Below, piece after piece: positions 48,901-62,787 of a stretch of DNA of 64,000 bases (the stretch's first letter is position 1; every line of letters starts with the position of its first letter). The stretch spans positions 1,941,854-2,005,853 of the forward strand of contig NW_003526940.1 in assembly GCF_000181795.1 (NCBI RefSeq), read 5' to 3'. The notes beneath the pieces are model-generated. The model saw only the letters and a list, made by a program, of their open reading frames with translations. It was not told the origin of the DNA and did no database searches. This DNA is from Trichinella spiralis (Eukaryota). The translations under genes and the position numbers were made by a program.

Positions 48901-51900
48901 AAAGAGCATACCCAATGCGATTATCGTGGGCGCGGAGGAAACGTGGGTCATTTGGAATGGCGTAGGCAGAGCATCGCCGTAAATGGTACGCAAAAGGTCG
49001 AAATTGTCGGGCGGTTCCATTCGACCGTGCAATAATTTGATCAAATCGCGAAAAAGTGCAGCACCGGTAGTTTCGAAAATTTTCGGACCTAAAAAATTTG
49101 ATCGGAAAATTGTGGGGTGTGGTTGAAATGAAAAGAAAAATTCACTTCACCTTCACCGAGACAGATGAATCCAAGCGCCATGCCGCAACTGAGCGAATAG
49201 CTTTCTTTTTCTTGGATACAGCCTTGAGTAATCCAACAGAGATGTTTGATCTCTTGGACAAGCGCGTAGCAAAGCTTGATTGAGCAAGTTTCGGCAAAAA
49301 GCAGCCCAATACCCAAAATGCTAGCCGACTGGAGAATCGGTTCGATGCTCAAATCGACCGCCACTTTGGTACTCAAAAACGGTACGTGCAATGCCAATTT
49401 TTTCATCACGGCGTGATCGCCGGTACGTCGTTTGTTCGCGCTCAAGCCCAACAAAAGTCCCACGCTGAGCATCGGATCTTTGAGTACCAGCAGTTCGTGA
49501 CAGTCGCATTCTTCGATATCGTCGAGCAGATCGTTCAAACCCAAACCGAACAATTCGCCGCCAATTTGAGCATTGCAACGGGTCGTCTGTTCGAGTCGTT
49601 GGGTGTAGCTGGTGATTGGGGGCGGCATCAGACCGTTCGACTTGAGCATCAGAGTGTTGGCGACACCGTGGTGGAAAAATACCCACGACAAAACGAGATT
49701 GGAAAAGCTCGACGGGGCCAGTTCGGCCATGAAGCCGTTGTCGCGCACTACACCGCAGAACGAGATCCGCGGCGGCGGGGTGGCGAATTTCCATTCCATC
49801 GGAACCAGACGGTAGAGAAACGCCCCCCGTCCAATGGCCGAGGCGAATCTCTGCAACAGAGCGTCGTGAATGAAACGGTCGAGTTTTTCTTTGTCTTTGT
49901 CTTTCGAAAAATCACAGTCCGGATTCAATGGAATCGGATCCCAAAGCGCCATCTCCTTCCAGACGTGATGCTTGCGGTAGTCGAGACCAAATGGACCTTG
50001 GAGCATTTCTATGTCCATGCAACGACAGCGCAGCATAGCCGAAACTTCGTGGTCGAAACTGTCCAAGCGGACATCTTCCTCTTCTTCTTGGCACTCTTTC
50101 AGACGTCGGTCGAAACATGTCGGCTGGGGGAACCAGGTTGGCGACAACACGGACGGCTTCAACGCGTCGTCGCGAATTTCGGACGGAAACGACAACGGAT
50201 ATACTCGCAAATGGTTCCACCGGTCGGCCATCGGCAACGCCACGCCTACCGGCAATGTCATCAACAAATTTGGCAATTCTTCGAACAACAGAGAGGCCAA
50301 TTGGCCAAGGTTGGTCGAGTCCAAAACTGCCCAGTGAAACGCCTCCAATTTGCCCCTCAGCTGCAAGCCCATATCCAGTTGGTTCACCTCCTGGGAAAGG
50401 AGCATCGCGAACCCCAAAACGCCGATCGTACGTCGACAACAAGCCGGCACGACTACCGGCAGCGTGAACGTCAAATCGTGGCGTAGGAGCTTGACGAACA
50501 ATTCGAACACGCCCCCACAAGGCCAACCGTTTTGTTCGAATTCCATCATTTTCCAATGAGCTTAACATGATAATGATAATTTGAAATACAAAAAAAAACT
50601 ACCAACAACAGCAACAAACTTTTACCATCGTCAATTAAATACTGTCGCTCCGGCAGGACGATGTGTGTTAAATTACGCAAAAAGCGATCTTTCTGATCAA
50701 CCAATCGCAAAGCACTAAAACAATTTTGTTTTCTGTTTTTTTTGAAATTGAACAATAAATACAAAATTTTCCGTTTTCTCACTCGGCAATGGTGCTGAGC
50801 ATGATGAGAAAATTGTCAATTTCTTTTGGAATATCTCTGCTCAATCTTGCCTCTTCGTATACGGCAGACAGGGCGAGGTAAATGTTGGGCATCTGGATAA
50901 AATACGGTGCCTCGTAGTCGACCGTCAACGTTTCGCTTTGTGGACGACGCGAACTGTCCAAGTCGGACGATTCGAAATGAAATTCTTCAATCAACTGCTG
51001 CACCGAGTCCAACTTCAACATCGTTTCCCACGGCTGAAAATGCAAAATTCGCAAATGGATATCAATTCGAACACAAATAAATGAACGTAAACGTGAAATT
51101 GGAAAATATTTCACATACCGACGTCTCTTCTTGGGATACATCCATTTCTGTATCGGAATGCAAATTTCCGGCTGAAGTCTAATAAATTGGTAGAAATGCA
51201 AACGAAAAATTAAAAAAAGAAAAGAAAATCACCCCCCCCCTCCCTGCTTACCGATTCTGTCAAACCAACCGAACGAAGAATAAAATTGCAAAAGCATTTC
51301 AGTTCTTCTTTTTCAGAACACAAATTGTTCTGCTGATACCAACGAACAAGCATATCAAAGGCCACTTCTTCGGCCAACACATCTTTCAACGATTGAAGAC
51401 AAAGGGCGACCAATTTGGTTCTGTACAATCGAGGCAGTTTCACTTTAAAAATGCCACCCGATTTCAGCGTCTGAATATACATAGACATGTATTGCATAAA
51501 AGAAAATTGATTCTCTTTTTTCTACTCCTTTTTCCAAACTTACAACAATAAAATCAATCGAAGTGGCAATCAACGATTTCACCGGATTATTTTGCAACGA
51601 CACGGGCGTTGGCAATTTGAAATAATCATGAAGCGTGCTTCCGTAAATGCTCGACGCGTTCCCTGCCAGCGGAGTGGAAACATATCCGGCGAACGGTACA
51701 TTGCGAGAACTGTTGCACGGCGTGCTTGCCGTCGCGATCACTTCCTGGCAGAGAAACGTGCTCGATGTGAAACTGCTCAACGGCGTATCGACAGCTTGAA
51801 TTGAACTTCTGGATGGGTCCAAATCCAAATATCCAATCTTAAAAATAAATAAATCACAAACATCACGCCCATTCATTCCCACCTCTGTCAATACTTTGGT

Positions 51901-54781
51901 CATTCCGGAATAGATGGCAATGTTGGACATGCATTGCGACACTAACATCATATCCATGCTCTGCACAATAGAATTTCACATAAGCAATAAGAGGAGTACA
52001 TGTGTAACAATTAGAAAAGAAAGAAAAAATCAATCAATCACCTCAGATCCGCAAGCATCGTCGCAATTGCAAATAACACAGCTGTCCGAAACGGAAAAAT
52101 TTTTTAAATTTCCACCTTCAAATTGCAATCTCAAGCACCTAACAATGTGAATAATAAACAATTGAATCGTAAGACAGAGAAAGAGAAAAAAAAACAATAA
52201 TCAACTTTAGCTGTTGGCTTTCAGCCAACAAATAGCAGATGTACTTCCTGCCCATCCAATCTCTGGTGAAAAACGCCTTTTTGCATGGTGAACTACCTTT
52301 CGGCTGGCTACTAATAAAAGTTGGAGTAATGAATTTATTTTTTCAAAGTTTTTTGCAAAGTTAATAAATTTTGCAAACAATACCGAATATTTTCACTGGT
52401 TTCATCCCATAATTTTTCCAAGCAGATATCCGGAATGAGCACTTCACCGGGTATTTCATTTGTGCTTTCTTCTTGGAGTTTTGTTTTCTCATCAGAAAGT
52501 GTATTGGAATCCGTTGAAGCTTGAGAAGAAAAAAAGAATTAAATTTAGCAACAGTGACAAGAATCATTTGGCTTACATTGACGCTGAAGTTTTCTGTACT
52601 TTTTGTGCGCCGGCGTTTGTCCAAATGTTGAAGGTGAAAAATACTGGCTGACAGATTTTGCAGAGCTAAAGAAAAACAAACAAACATCATAATAAACAAA
52701 TATACCAACCAAAAATTATTTCTAATTCAAATATGCCTTTTTAAACATACAAATTCGGTTCAATTTTAACAGTAGAGAGTGTAAAATTTTAATCAAACCT
52801 TGCTGAAAAGAGCCGAGAAAATCCTGGACTTAAAGTGGACTTGCACAATTTTGAATTCATCGGAGTGCTGACCATTGGTAAACTATGAGTTATCGGCTGG
52901 TTGGAAGAATTTGCCTGGGAAGCTTAAACAACAGAAATTATTTTAAAATTGAAAAAATTGAAAATTCATTTAAAATGCATTTTAAAAAAATGCTCATCTT
53001 TTATATCACAACAAAATATTTGCATTATTTGATTGTAATATTTTGGATTTCAAATTTTTCAAACCTGCAAGATGTTGATGCAATGCAGAATGATGATGAG
53101 TAATGTTTGGATGCAATATTTTCGAATGAAACAAACTACTGTCCGTTTTCTGGGATCGATTCAAATTAACCACGGGAGTTCTGAAACTCATCGCCGATGT
53201 GTCAAAAATTGAGCAGACGGATTCTTCGTAATGTTTCGCCGCTGCTAGTCGGTCCTAAAAACAAATACAAAAGAATTTAAAAAAAAATTTTAATAATAAA
53301 TAAAATTTTCAAAACTACTTACCTCTTCAGTTGACTTTCTAAGTTTCCACAACGAATGTGTGCATGTAGCACGATTGAACGCTAAAACCAAACTGAAATA
53401 GGCGGACACGTGACATATCAACATGTTCGGCGATGTCATGTAGCGGGCACTTTCATTATCTGAAATTATAATTATTCTCACATTTACAGCCATATTTAAA
53501 GTTAACTTATACCGAGTGGCTTGTAAATAACAGGCAAAAATTCATCCAACGGATGCCCCAACGAAAACACAAAAGGTAACAACTGATTCACTGGGCTGTT
53601 AGAACAAATTTTCATATTTTTTTCATTTTCAACAGGATATTTTCGAAAAAAAACATTTACTTTATAGATTTTTTCTTACGCTGAATAATTAATCCATGCG
53701 ATGTGCGAAATACATTTTCTACCTAAATATAATATGATAACTAAAACGTAAACAAATATACATTTATATACTTCAAACGGAAAATTAATATTATAAAAAT
53801 TTCCACGTTCTATGTGAAATTTCGCTTGCAATTCACCACAAATACACAAATAAGTAACTTCTTTTGAATTAGTTTTTGGCAGAAAATTCATCCAAAATGC
53901 CTACAAATAGCACTATTATTATTATTATGAATGCATATCAGTTTAATCAAAAATAACACACGTCTATAATAGAAAAATTTGTATTATATGTCATTTTCAA
54001 TTCGCTTTCATTAATTGTGACATAACAGCGATTGCCGGACGCCAGCAAATCTTCTATTTGATTTAAACACTTGTTCCATCGATTGGTAACAATGAATTTC
54101 TAAAATTATATAATTTCACTTCATACATTTAATTATTTCAATATTGTAACTAAAAAATCAAGAAAGTCTCTTTTTTCTTCAACTTTGCTTTGTAAAATTT
54201 TCTTAGTGTTAAAGAATCCAAAACATGCAACACATTTTAAATAACTTCTTTCATGTTTGATTAAATTTAAATGAACAGTCATGGTGAAAAATTACTACAT
54301 TTATAACAGTACTATGTGAGTAAAGAACTGAAATCATTCTTGCTTTATGTTCATAATAAATTACAACAATTTACTTGAAAAATCTTAATGAAAAACATAT
54401 TTTTACACAAGAATTCAAACTTAGGCATACAATAATGCAAATCCTAATACTTCAATTGACTAATCATTTATATCTTTCAAAGTGCACATTTTAATGCTGT
54501 TTAATAGGCAGCAACAGATTAATTTTGTAGAAAATGATTTCAAACATCTAAACAAATAACTTGTTGTTTCTTAAAACTGGGAAATCAAAGAAATTTAATC
54601 CAAAAATGCAACAAAATAAACATACCTTCTTTCTAAAAGGTCGAAAATGTTTCGTTTCTGAGCTTTTACCATCTTCCTCAACATTTTCCATGCTTTTACA
54701 GTCTGATGAAATCATTTCTTCATCCAGCAACAATTTCATTCCCGTTGGACAAAATGGAATGGTTTTTGTTTCAATCAACAT
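45997..54781 (-). CDS. ANAPC1: Anaphase-promoting complex subunit 1, multi-exon
   Basis: N-terminus MLIETKTIPFCPTG; PC-repeat motifs GLLLGLSA, QSASILGIGLLF, ESYSLSCGMALGFICLG, IALGMLFLKT, RPD..LIDWNGIEP..WVESQIP, GACLAIAIKYA, AGTGD, LGILCLGGG, RHLYVLA. The 3' end is inferred from splice phase. Confidence 0.92.
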
Positions 54782-56803
54782 GCTTAACGATCACCAAACG
54801 ATAACAAAACTGCTTCAATAAAATAATAATAAATAATATAGAAAAGTAAGTAAATTCAAATATCAAGGCATGTAACAAAATTATTCAATTTAACAATTAT
54901 TTCATGACTACAAATTTCAAATTAGAAAAAATTAAATCCATGCTATTTTGTAAATAAATTCTAAGTAATACATGATAACTCGCCAAATCCTAATTAACAT
55001 AATACAGATAAAGTAAATTCTAAATGGATAATTTAACATGCAGCTAACTGAAATTCAATTTGAAGCATTCAAAACGTTATAGTTATAATTAAAGAATGAA
55101 ATGTCAGCACTATAATTATAAAATTGAACGACCGAAGTATGTTCAGGTGGTCTGTAAGATTACATCTGCCAGAAATTGTGAAAAAATGCCACAAGCAATT
55201 TCTAATTTCTAAAACACGCAGTTTTACACGCTAAACATTGAGTTACACATCAACCCGAATAAAGTAAGGGAAATTTATTTTCAATAACTCAGTTCAAGCA
55301 AAGAAAAAAACTTCTGCATCAAAATCAAACTTCAACGTTGAATTAAAATTGTAAAGAATAAAGTACATTTTAAGTACAGTATACTAATCTAATAGTAAAG
55401 TTTCAAAAATTACATCTTTTTATAATGTAAAATTGTAAATGTATTTCAATTTTAACGGAAGTATTTTTAAAAGTTTTTTGACAAGAATTTGTCCAATTAT
55501 TCAATATTTATTAATTATTCAATTAAATTTTTTAGATAAAATTTTTATAATTTAAACTTTTTGATGACATACCGAATTTTAACGTATTGTGATTTTAAGT
55601 AATTTGCTCATTTAGTGCAATTTTTAAACTGGAAAACGTTTAAATATATTTATATATATGGACGTTTATATATACTACTTATTATACGGAGGATCCAGCT
55701 TTTGATTGAAACATATTCACAGTAATAATGTTTACTTAATTTCTATTTCAAGGCAAAACATCAACTTCATTTTACGAATTTTAATCTAAGTACTAATTAT
55801 ATATCTAATTCCTTAATCACCAATTAGCTTGTTAGCTTGTTTTCGTATTTATTTACCACTGTACTGAGAACTGTGGGGAGAAATAATTAGTAAGTACTGA
55901 TAATTTTGCAAATTTTAAATAATGCGTTAATTTCAGAAAAGCTGATTATTATTCATAATGAATGAGAATATATTTATCTTTACTTTTTTGGAACTCTGCA
56001 AGTTTTAGATAAGTAAATTCTACGCTAAAAAAATGTTTACGTTTGCTTCTGTAAACATGGCACGTTATCGTATCGCAGAATAGCAGTTTTGCTGTATAAT
56101 TTTGTTTGTTGTATTTAAAATGATGATTTTTCAGATTTCAGCAACTTCTTCACAGGGCAGAGTATTGCTGCTCAAATAACTTGCTTCTACAGTTCTTATT
56201 TATTTAAGCTCTGTTTATAGAAAATAGTATGTAGTTTTGCTTATTTCGCATTTTAAGCTTGCTCTTGTTCACAGATGCAGTTTCTATCATTCATTCATCC
56301 TTTCAAATCTGAATATTATAATTTTCATTCCATTCTGATTACAAATACTGCACGCTATCCGCTATTCGGAATAAATCCATATTCTATTCGTACTTGAAAA
56401 TCATGCATATACAGATCCGCTTGAGCAATTTTTCAATTTGTCAGTTAAAATTTTAAATAATAATAATAATCACACAGTTTGCCTCAATGTTTGATACTTT
56501 GATTTGAAATGTTCATTTGAATGTATATGATATACTTTTGTTTCAAACATATTTTATGGATAATGGAAGAATTTATGCTTAAAAAATAAAGCAAACAATG
56601 CATTGGAATAAATCTATGATTGTTTCAAATTGTAAAAAATAATGTATTGTCATTTCGATTTCTTTTTATACGTTTAAAGATGAATTTTGAATGAAGCTTT
56701 GGTAAAAAAATAGAATTTTGAGTTAATAACGAAAAGTGATATAAGTTAGCTTAAAATAGTTGTGCTGAAAAAGTTTGTCATGAGCTGTTGTTATTTCAGA
56801 ATT

Positions 56804-58828
56804 ATGTCAATAATGATTTGGTTAATAGCTCCGTTTTGCATCACTTGTTCATTCGGTGGTATAGTATTTGGCCATATACCAACGTTATCTTTGCGTGATT
56901 TTTCCATGCTATCGCATCAGATTTGTTATGTCATAATTTTCGATCCACCTTGTGATATTTCTCTTTCGAAATTGACTGCAAATTTATCTCAAGCGTGGAA
57001 ACACGTTCAAAGTATCCAATTTTACCGTTTTACACTGGACGATTACATGCAAAACGGTGGCAATGGCATCATAGATATTGATCCACCGTTAAGGTTTGTG
57101 AAAAATTGTGGCCCAGCAATTGTGATTCCAAAAATGGTAAAAGATAGAACTTGCTTGATGCATTCGATTAACAATGATGAAAAGCGTTCAGCAACAATAG
57201 TTCCAAATAGTGCAGGGGAAAATTTTGTTGAATTTATAAACAACATATGCGGCACATTTCTGACCGAAAATGGAGATTTGAATGCAACAGGCAAGCGAAT
57301 TGAAGCATTGAAAAAGAATTTGCATAATGTCGAAAACAAAACGGTGACTCTTCATCAGCTGAACAGACAATGTGCAAGTCCTGATTTGAAGTACTTTTTC
57401 TACAGTGGAATTTGTCGAACTGGTGAAGAGAACTGCTACAAGGATAATTTCTCATCCGAATGTGCAACCCAAGAAAATACCTTCTTTCCATTGGAACGAT
57501 GCGAAGAGACGGACAAGTTGCCAAACAAGCAGCAGTTCATTTCTGAATATTTGTTCCGATCTAAGCCAGTGATATTTCGTAAAGCTGTTCATCATTGGCA
57601 TGCTTTTCGAAAGTGGACATGGGATTTTTTTATGCAATCCTATGGTGATGTAAATGTTCATGTGAAATTATCTCCAACTGTTGAATTTGAAGGCGTGGAA
57701 AAGAAAACATTGTGGAATAGTGCAAATTTCACCATACCAGCGGCGATTCAACAAGCTCTGGACAATGCTGATTTAGTAACGGTCCGCCCAGCAGGTGTGG
57801 AAATGAAGTTTAAAGATTTTTTAAACTTGATGAACGAAACAACTAATACGACAAACAAACTTTTCGCTTACTTAGAATATACATCAATGCGTAGTTATTT
57901 TGCAGGTAGATATTCACTGAATAATTTTTAAATATCGTTTTGTCAAATCTGAGGGATTTTTTTGTTTAAATTTATTGAACATTTTTTCCATAATTATAAA
58001 AGTAAATTATTTAACATTAGGCTTGGAAAATGATGTTAATGAAATGCCATTTGTTAAGAACATGTTGAATTTGAACCATTTGAATATATGGATGAGTGAT
58101 GGAAACACCTTGGGTAAATTGCATTTTGATGAATATGATAATTTTTTATGTCAGGTAAGATTTTTTTTTCTTAAAAATTACTTTTGAATTCAAGCTGAAA
58201 TGATAATTTAATATTATTAAAAAATGTTACGTTACGAATATAATTTGTTTGAACAAATTTGTAATAAGCTGTTTAGATTCGAGGAAAAAAGCAGCTGATC
58301 CTGTTTGATCCTCATCAGAGTTACAGATTATACGAGGGTCATATTTTAGAAGCCATGTTTACTTACAGAAATGGTACATTTCATCGAGACAGACTTTTGA
58401 AGAGCACATCCATGACAATGTCTCCAGTTGACATTACATTACCAGATTTTGAAGTATATTTCATTTACAGTATTAAATATATGTATATATTTAAGTGTGT
58501 ATGTATTTATGAAAAGTTTTTTAAGCAAGATTTTTTTAGAAGTTTCCACATGCAAAAAATACTGTACCTTTGAACTGCACAATTTCAGAAGGTGATGTGC
58601 TGTTTTTGCCGTCTTTTTGGTGGCACGAAGTGCAATCTTATCCTAGTGAAGTGGAACATCAAAATATTGCAGTTAACTTTTGGTATTTTGCTATATAATG
58701 ATTTTATAATTATACTTGTAATTTAATTTTAATTCAGGTATGAACCATTCTGGAAAAAAGAATTTCCTTGTCGTTTTTGTGAGCTTTCAGTTAACCGAAA
58801 TTATTTACACCTACTATCAACATATTAA
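56804..58828 (+). CDS. JmjC (cupin-like) Fe(II)/2-oxoglutarate oxygenase with hydrophobic N-terminus; exons ~56804-57906, 58021-58154, 58277-58453, 58540-58682, 58738-58828
   Basis: SKPVIFRKAV..W..W, NIWMSDGNTLGKLHFDEYDNFLCQ|IRGKK (HxD), EGDVLFLPSFWWHEVQS (distal H), NIAVNFW|Y. Confidence 0.88.
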
Positions 58829-59488
58829 CAAATAATATCGGTTTTATTTTTCACATGAATAAATCACATTTTTATATCACGAAGTAATGTTCATTTTTGC
58901 ATGTCGTATGACCGATTGTACTTGATAATCATCTTTTGTACAAATGTGACGCAACGAATATTGAATTTACTAAGATAGGGTGTTCGAATAAGTTGTTAAT
59001 TTTTTTATTATTGGTTAATTTCCTTCAGCTAACCTTTGTTTGCCATTGTTTTTATTTTCTTCATATGCTTTTTTAAATATTCTGTTAATGAATAAATATG
59101 CATATTTTTTGAATTCTTCCAAACCCTTTACGCTTTAACTTTAACTTGGTTGTATGGTTAAACCGTTTTGCTTTTTCATGCTAAAATTGTAAAATAATTT
59201 ATAAAACACATTTTATCGGCTGTAATATCCTTTTTAAATGGTACATTTTATTCGAAAATCAATACAAATGAGTTTCGAATATAAATAACTTTACCCAGCA
59301 CATTCCAACTTTACTATTACATTTTTGCGCTTTCATTACAGTCCAGGGTGATTTGCATGAATTATTTATGATCAGTAGGCATATTATTTACTCAGATCAA
59401 TTAGCTTTGGCAAATAAAGATGTTTTCGTTTTTGGATTTTCATTCGATAGAGAGAATTATGAAAATTTAAAAATTTGTGGAAAGATGA

Positions 59489-60918
59489 ATGACTAATATG
59501 ACTGATAACGAAGACAGCATAGCAGAACAGCAAACAAAAGAAGGCGTTGCCAGAAATCAGAAAGCGTCTCAGGGCCGTGTATTTACTCAAAGTTTTTGTC
59601 TATGCGATACAGTTCGCAATAAACTTACTTTTGCATTTATCATTTTTTACGTTTTTTATTTTGAGAAGCATTTTGAAAATTGCTGCATGCATACTTTGGA
59701 TTCTTTTTGTTTGAACTTAAAAACATTGCTTAAATTAAAGTATTATTTCAAATATTCAGTTAAAATATTAATACTTCATTTTTACCAAAATTTGTAGTCC
59801 TTTCAATAGTTCTACATTGTTTCTAATGAAGAAAGATTGAAAGTATGTACATTTTCGATGTTTTCTATTTGGTAGACATGTGGATTTACGAAAAACCAAA
59901 GCTTAAAATCAAGCTGCCTCCTGGTGCAAGTTTTGTTGATGAAGAGCAATCTGTTTTACATTCAGTTACTTTGTGGTAAGTTTTACTTTTTTTAAATAAT
60001 ATTCCCAGTTTATAATATTTATAATTATCATGCCACGACGTGTAGAGGGACATGAAATTTCATGAAGATAGTAGTGTTTGCTTTTACTATTGCAAATTTT
60101 TTTAGCTTCTGTTCATGAAATTAATCAATTTTTTATAACAGAACATTTTGTTTTATACTGTATGATTATGAGCATGAATAGTTTCGGTTTTATTTTTTAC
60201 TTTATAAATTTTCAGCAATAAAAAGTGAGTAATGTCCAATAATATAATATAATATAATATAGTGTAAATTCACTATAAGTGTACATTCGAAAGCGGTTTT
60301 ATGAATTAAATAATAAGAACAAATAATTATTTCAAATTACAGTTCCTTTTATCTCATCATTTGGCAGTATTATTTTCATCTTTCTTACTTTAAAAAATTT
60401 AACCATGACTGTTTTGTATTACAGTAGTCAATTTTAGCCTACCCAAGAGGTTCTTAGGGAAGCCAGGATCGTCAAGACGTGGTCACTCAATTTTTTATTC
60501 AGAAAGATCAGTTTCCACATTTATGATGAAGAAACTGATTGTCGCATTAAAAATAGCAGTATGGTGTGTATTTGTAATTAATAATTTAATGGGTATGTAT
60601 TGGTAAATAGCATTGCCTGTTTACTAAACTGTTTTGCATGTTTGTGTTTATTAGTTTGAATTAAATTTTTCAGTGAAAATAACTAACTTCTAAATTGAAG
60701 ATTAAATGTATTAAATTTTATTGGCTATTTTGATTGTAAATGATTTTTTCTACTTTATAGTAGTTTGGATGCTTTCAAATGATTGCAATGAAAAATTTGC
60801 ACACCTTTCGAATTTTACGAAAATTTTTAATGCGGAAATGAGGAAAACAGATACATATTTGAAAGCTTTGACGCAAATATTGGAGAATTTGAATGTTTCA
60901 TCAGAGATGTGCTTTTGA
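59489..60918 (+). CDS. Possible multi-exon gene of unknown function
   Basis: Several short coding-like segments bounded by ag/gt (59489-~59576, ~59798-59842, 59876-59975, 60439-60562, ~60761-60918). No recognisable motif, and frame joining was not verified. Confidence 0.3.
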
Positions 60919-61523
60919 AAAGTATATTTCGCCTGATCTTGTACATTTTGCATTTTGCAACGATACGGCAATGATTGACGTGAAAATGAAACTTTGAAAA
61001 TGTGCATGATAGATCTTCAGCAAATTTAAATTTACCTCACCTTGCAAGTAGTTCTTTTCAGCTGCATTTTTTCGGCTGTTTGATGTTTTTGTTACGTTGT
61101 TGGCAAAATGGCGAACATTTATAATTGAACATTAAACATAAAATTGTTGTTGTCATGATTATTTTGTTTCGTTAATATTTTTTCTTTCCATTTTATGATT
61201 TCTATTTTAATGAGTGGCTAGTTTTACTTTATTCTCAACTTTAAAACATATTTAAAGTAATCTTCATTCAGTATACTATAGTACATAATATTATATAGCT
61301 TTTGAAATGAATGCAAGTTCTTATTTTAAAAGAACCTATTATGATAATTGTTATGTAAAATTGAGTGAATTAATGTTGTTTTGTGAAAACTGTAAATGAC
61401 ATTTTACGTCTTTAAATAATTTTATGTTCAATTTACAAAAAATTGATTTACGTGATTCAAAAAGACATTTAAATGATATTTTTTTGACTTTTCTGGATGT
61501 TATTATTATTTTTGGAATGGATA

Positions 61524-62327
61524 TTATGCATGAAAAGTGAAAAAACAACAAAACACGAAGTATGTTCGTTCGCTTCTTTTGGAATAACCAACATAATAAC
61601 CCCAGTAGAAAACATTGAAACAAAAAAATACAGCAGGAAATATGATTGCGGATAGGCGATCAATGTCCTCGGCGTCCCACTGTTTCGCCTGCTTCACCTC
61701 CTTCCACAATTTGAATCTGTTCCGTTGTCGAACTTCCAAAAAGGTAAAGTTGATGTCGGGTATGTCGCGAAGGCTGTTCGTCACACTTGTTGGCTCGATC
61801 CACTCTTTGGATGACGGATATGAGACAAGCGTTTGAGCATTTTCTTTGCGCCAAAAAATCGGCGAACCTCGGGCTTGGGTATTTTCATTCCACGTTTGCT
61901 GTTTGCGCGTTTTCAAATGAGCCAAATGACCAACTATGGCTAATTCTAACAACGACGCGAATATGAACGTCATACCGCTGCAATTTGGAAAAAAAATTAT
62001 TGTTTTTATTGAATATATTTTCAATTAATAAAGCAATTTTGGAAAATTCCTAGAAATAAAATTTTAAATTCTACCTGAGCATCCATACATCGATGGCTTT
62101 GATGTAGGAGACACGTGGCAAGTTGCTGATTATGTTGCCAAATTGAAATGTCATTGCCAACAGTGCGTTCACACCGAGCATTGTTCGTGCGGGCAAAGCC
62201 ATCGTACCCAAGTGAAAAGATATCCAAGAAATTATAATAATCAAATAAGTTGGTATATAACCTTGAAAAATGTACCAACCATATCGACGTTGAAAGACGA
62301 ACGTTATTGTCAATTCATCCCACCAAC
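61524..62327 (-). CDS. Cys-loop ligand-gated chloride channel subunit (ACC/LGC-46-like group), 3' exons 62327-62075 and 61977-61524; 5' exons not found
   Basis: M1 [26 protein letters not shown]2 [18 protein letters not shown] with the anion-selective PAR motif; [14 protein letters not shown]3; M4 [21 protein letters not shown]. Confidence 0.93.
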
Positions 62328-62714
62328 CTGCAGGATATTCCTAAATTTAAAAAAATTATTGAAATGTTCAAGTTTGCATATTATACATATATATTCAAGT
62401 CATTAACAACGATAATATTTATTTTTCAAAAAAATGATTTAAAAATTCCAGATAGGTAAAGAATATCATGCTGAAAATGGAACAATTTCTTTTTCCCTCA
62501 AACGAAAAAATCCTAATTTTTTCAAAAAAATTCAATAATAATTCAGGTACTTTTCAATTTATATTAAAATCAATTTTTGATTTCCACCTTAAATTTGATA
62601 ATACAGTATATTTTTCTGTAATTGACAAAATATGCATTGCAATTTTTGCAGTATTTGAACCCGGTAAGTTTGTGTTTGGCTTGTTTTGACGAAAGAGAAA
62701 AAATAATAATGGAA

Positions 62715-62787
62715 TGCCACGAGCCGGGATCGAACCAGCGACCTTTAGATCTTCAGTCTAACGCTCTCCCTGCTGAGCTATCGCGGC
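62715..62787 (-). tRNA. tRNA-Phe (GAA)
   Basis: GCCGCGATAGCTCAGCAGGGAGAGCGTTAGACTGAAGATCTAAAGGTCGCTGGTTCGATCCCGGCTCGTGGCA: 73 nt, full cloverleaf, anticodon GAA, with a downstream T-run terminator. Confidence 0.96.

Noticed and set aside
49386..50486. 366-aa ORF antisense to APC1
   Set aside because: Antisense shadow of a GC-rich coding exon; no motif recognised.
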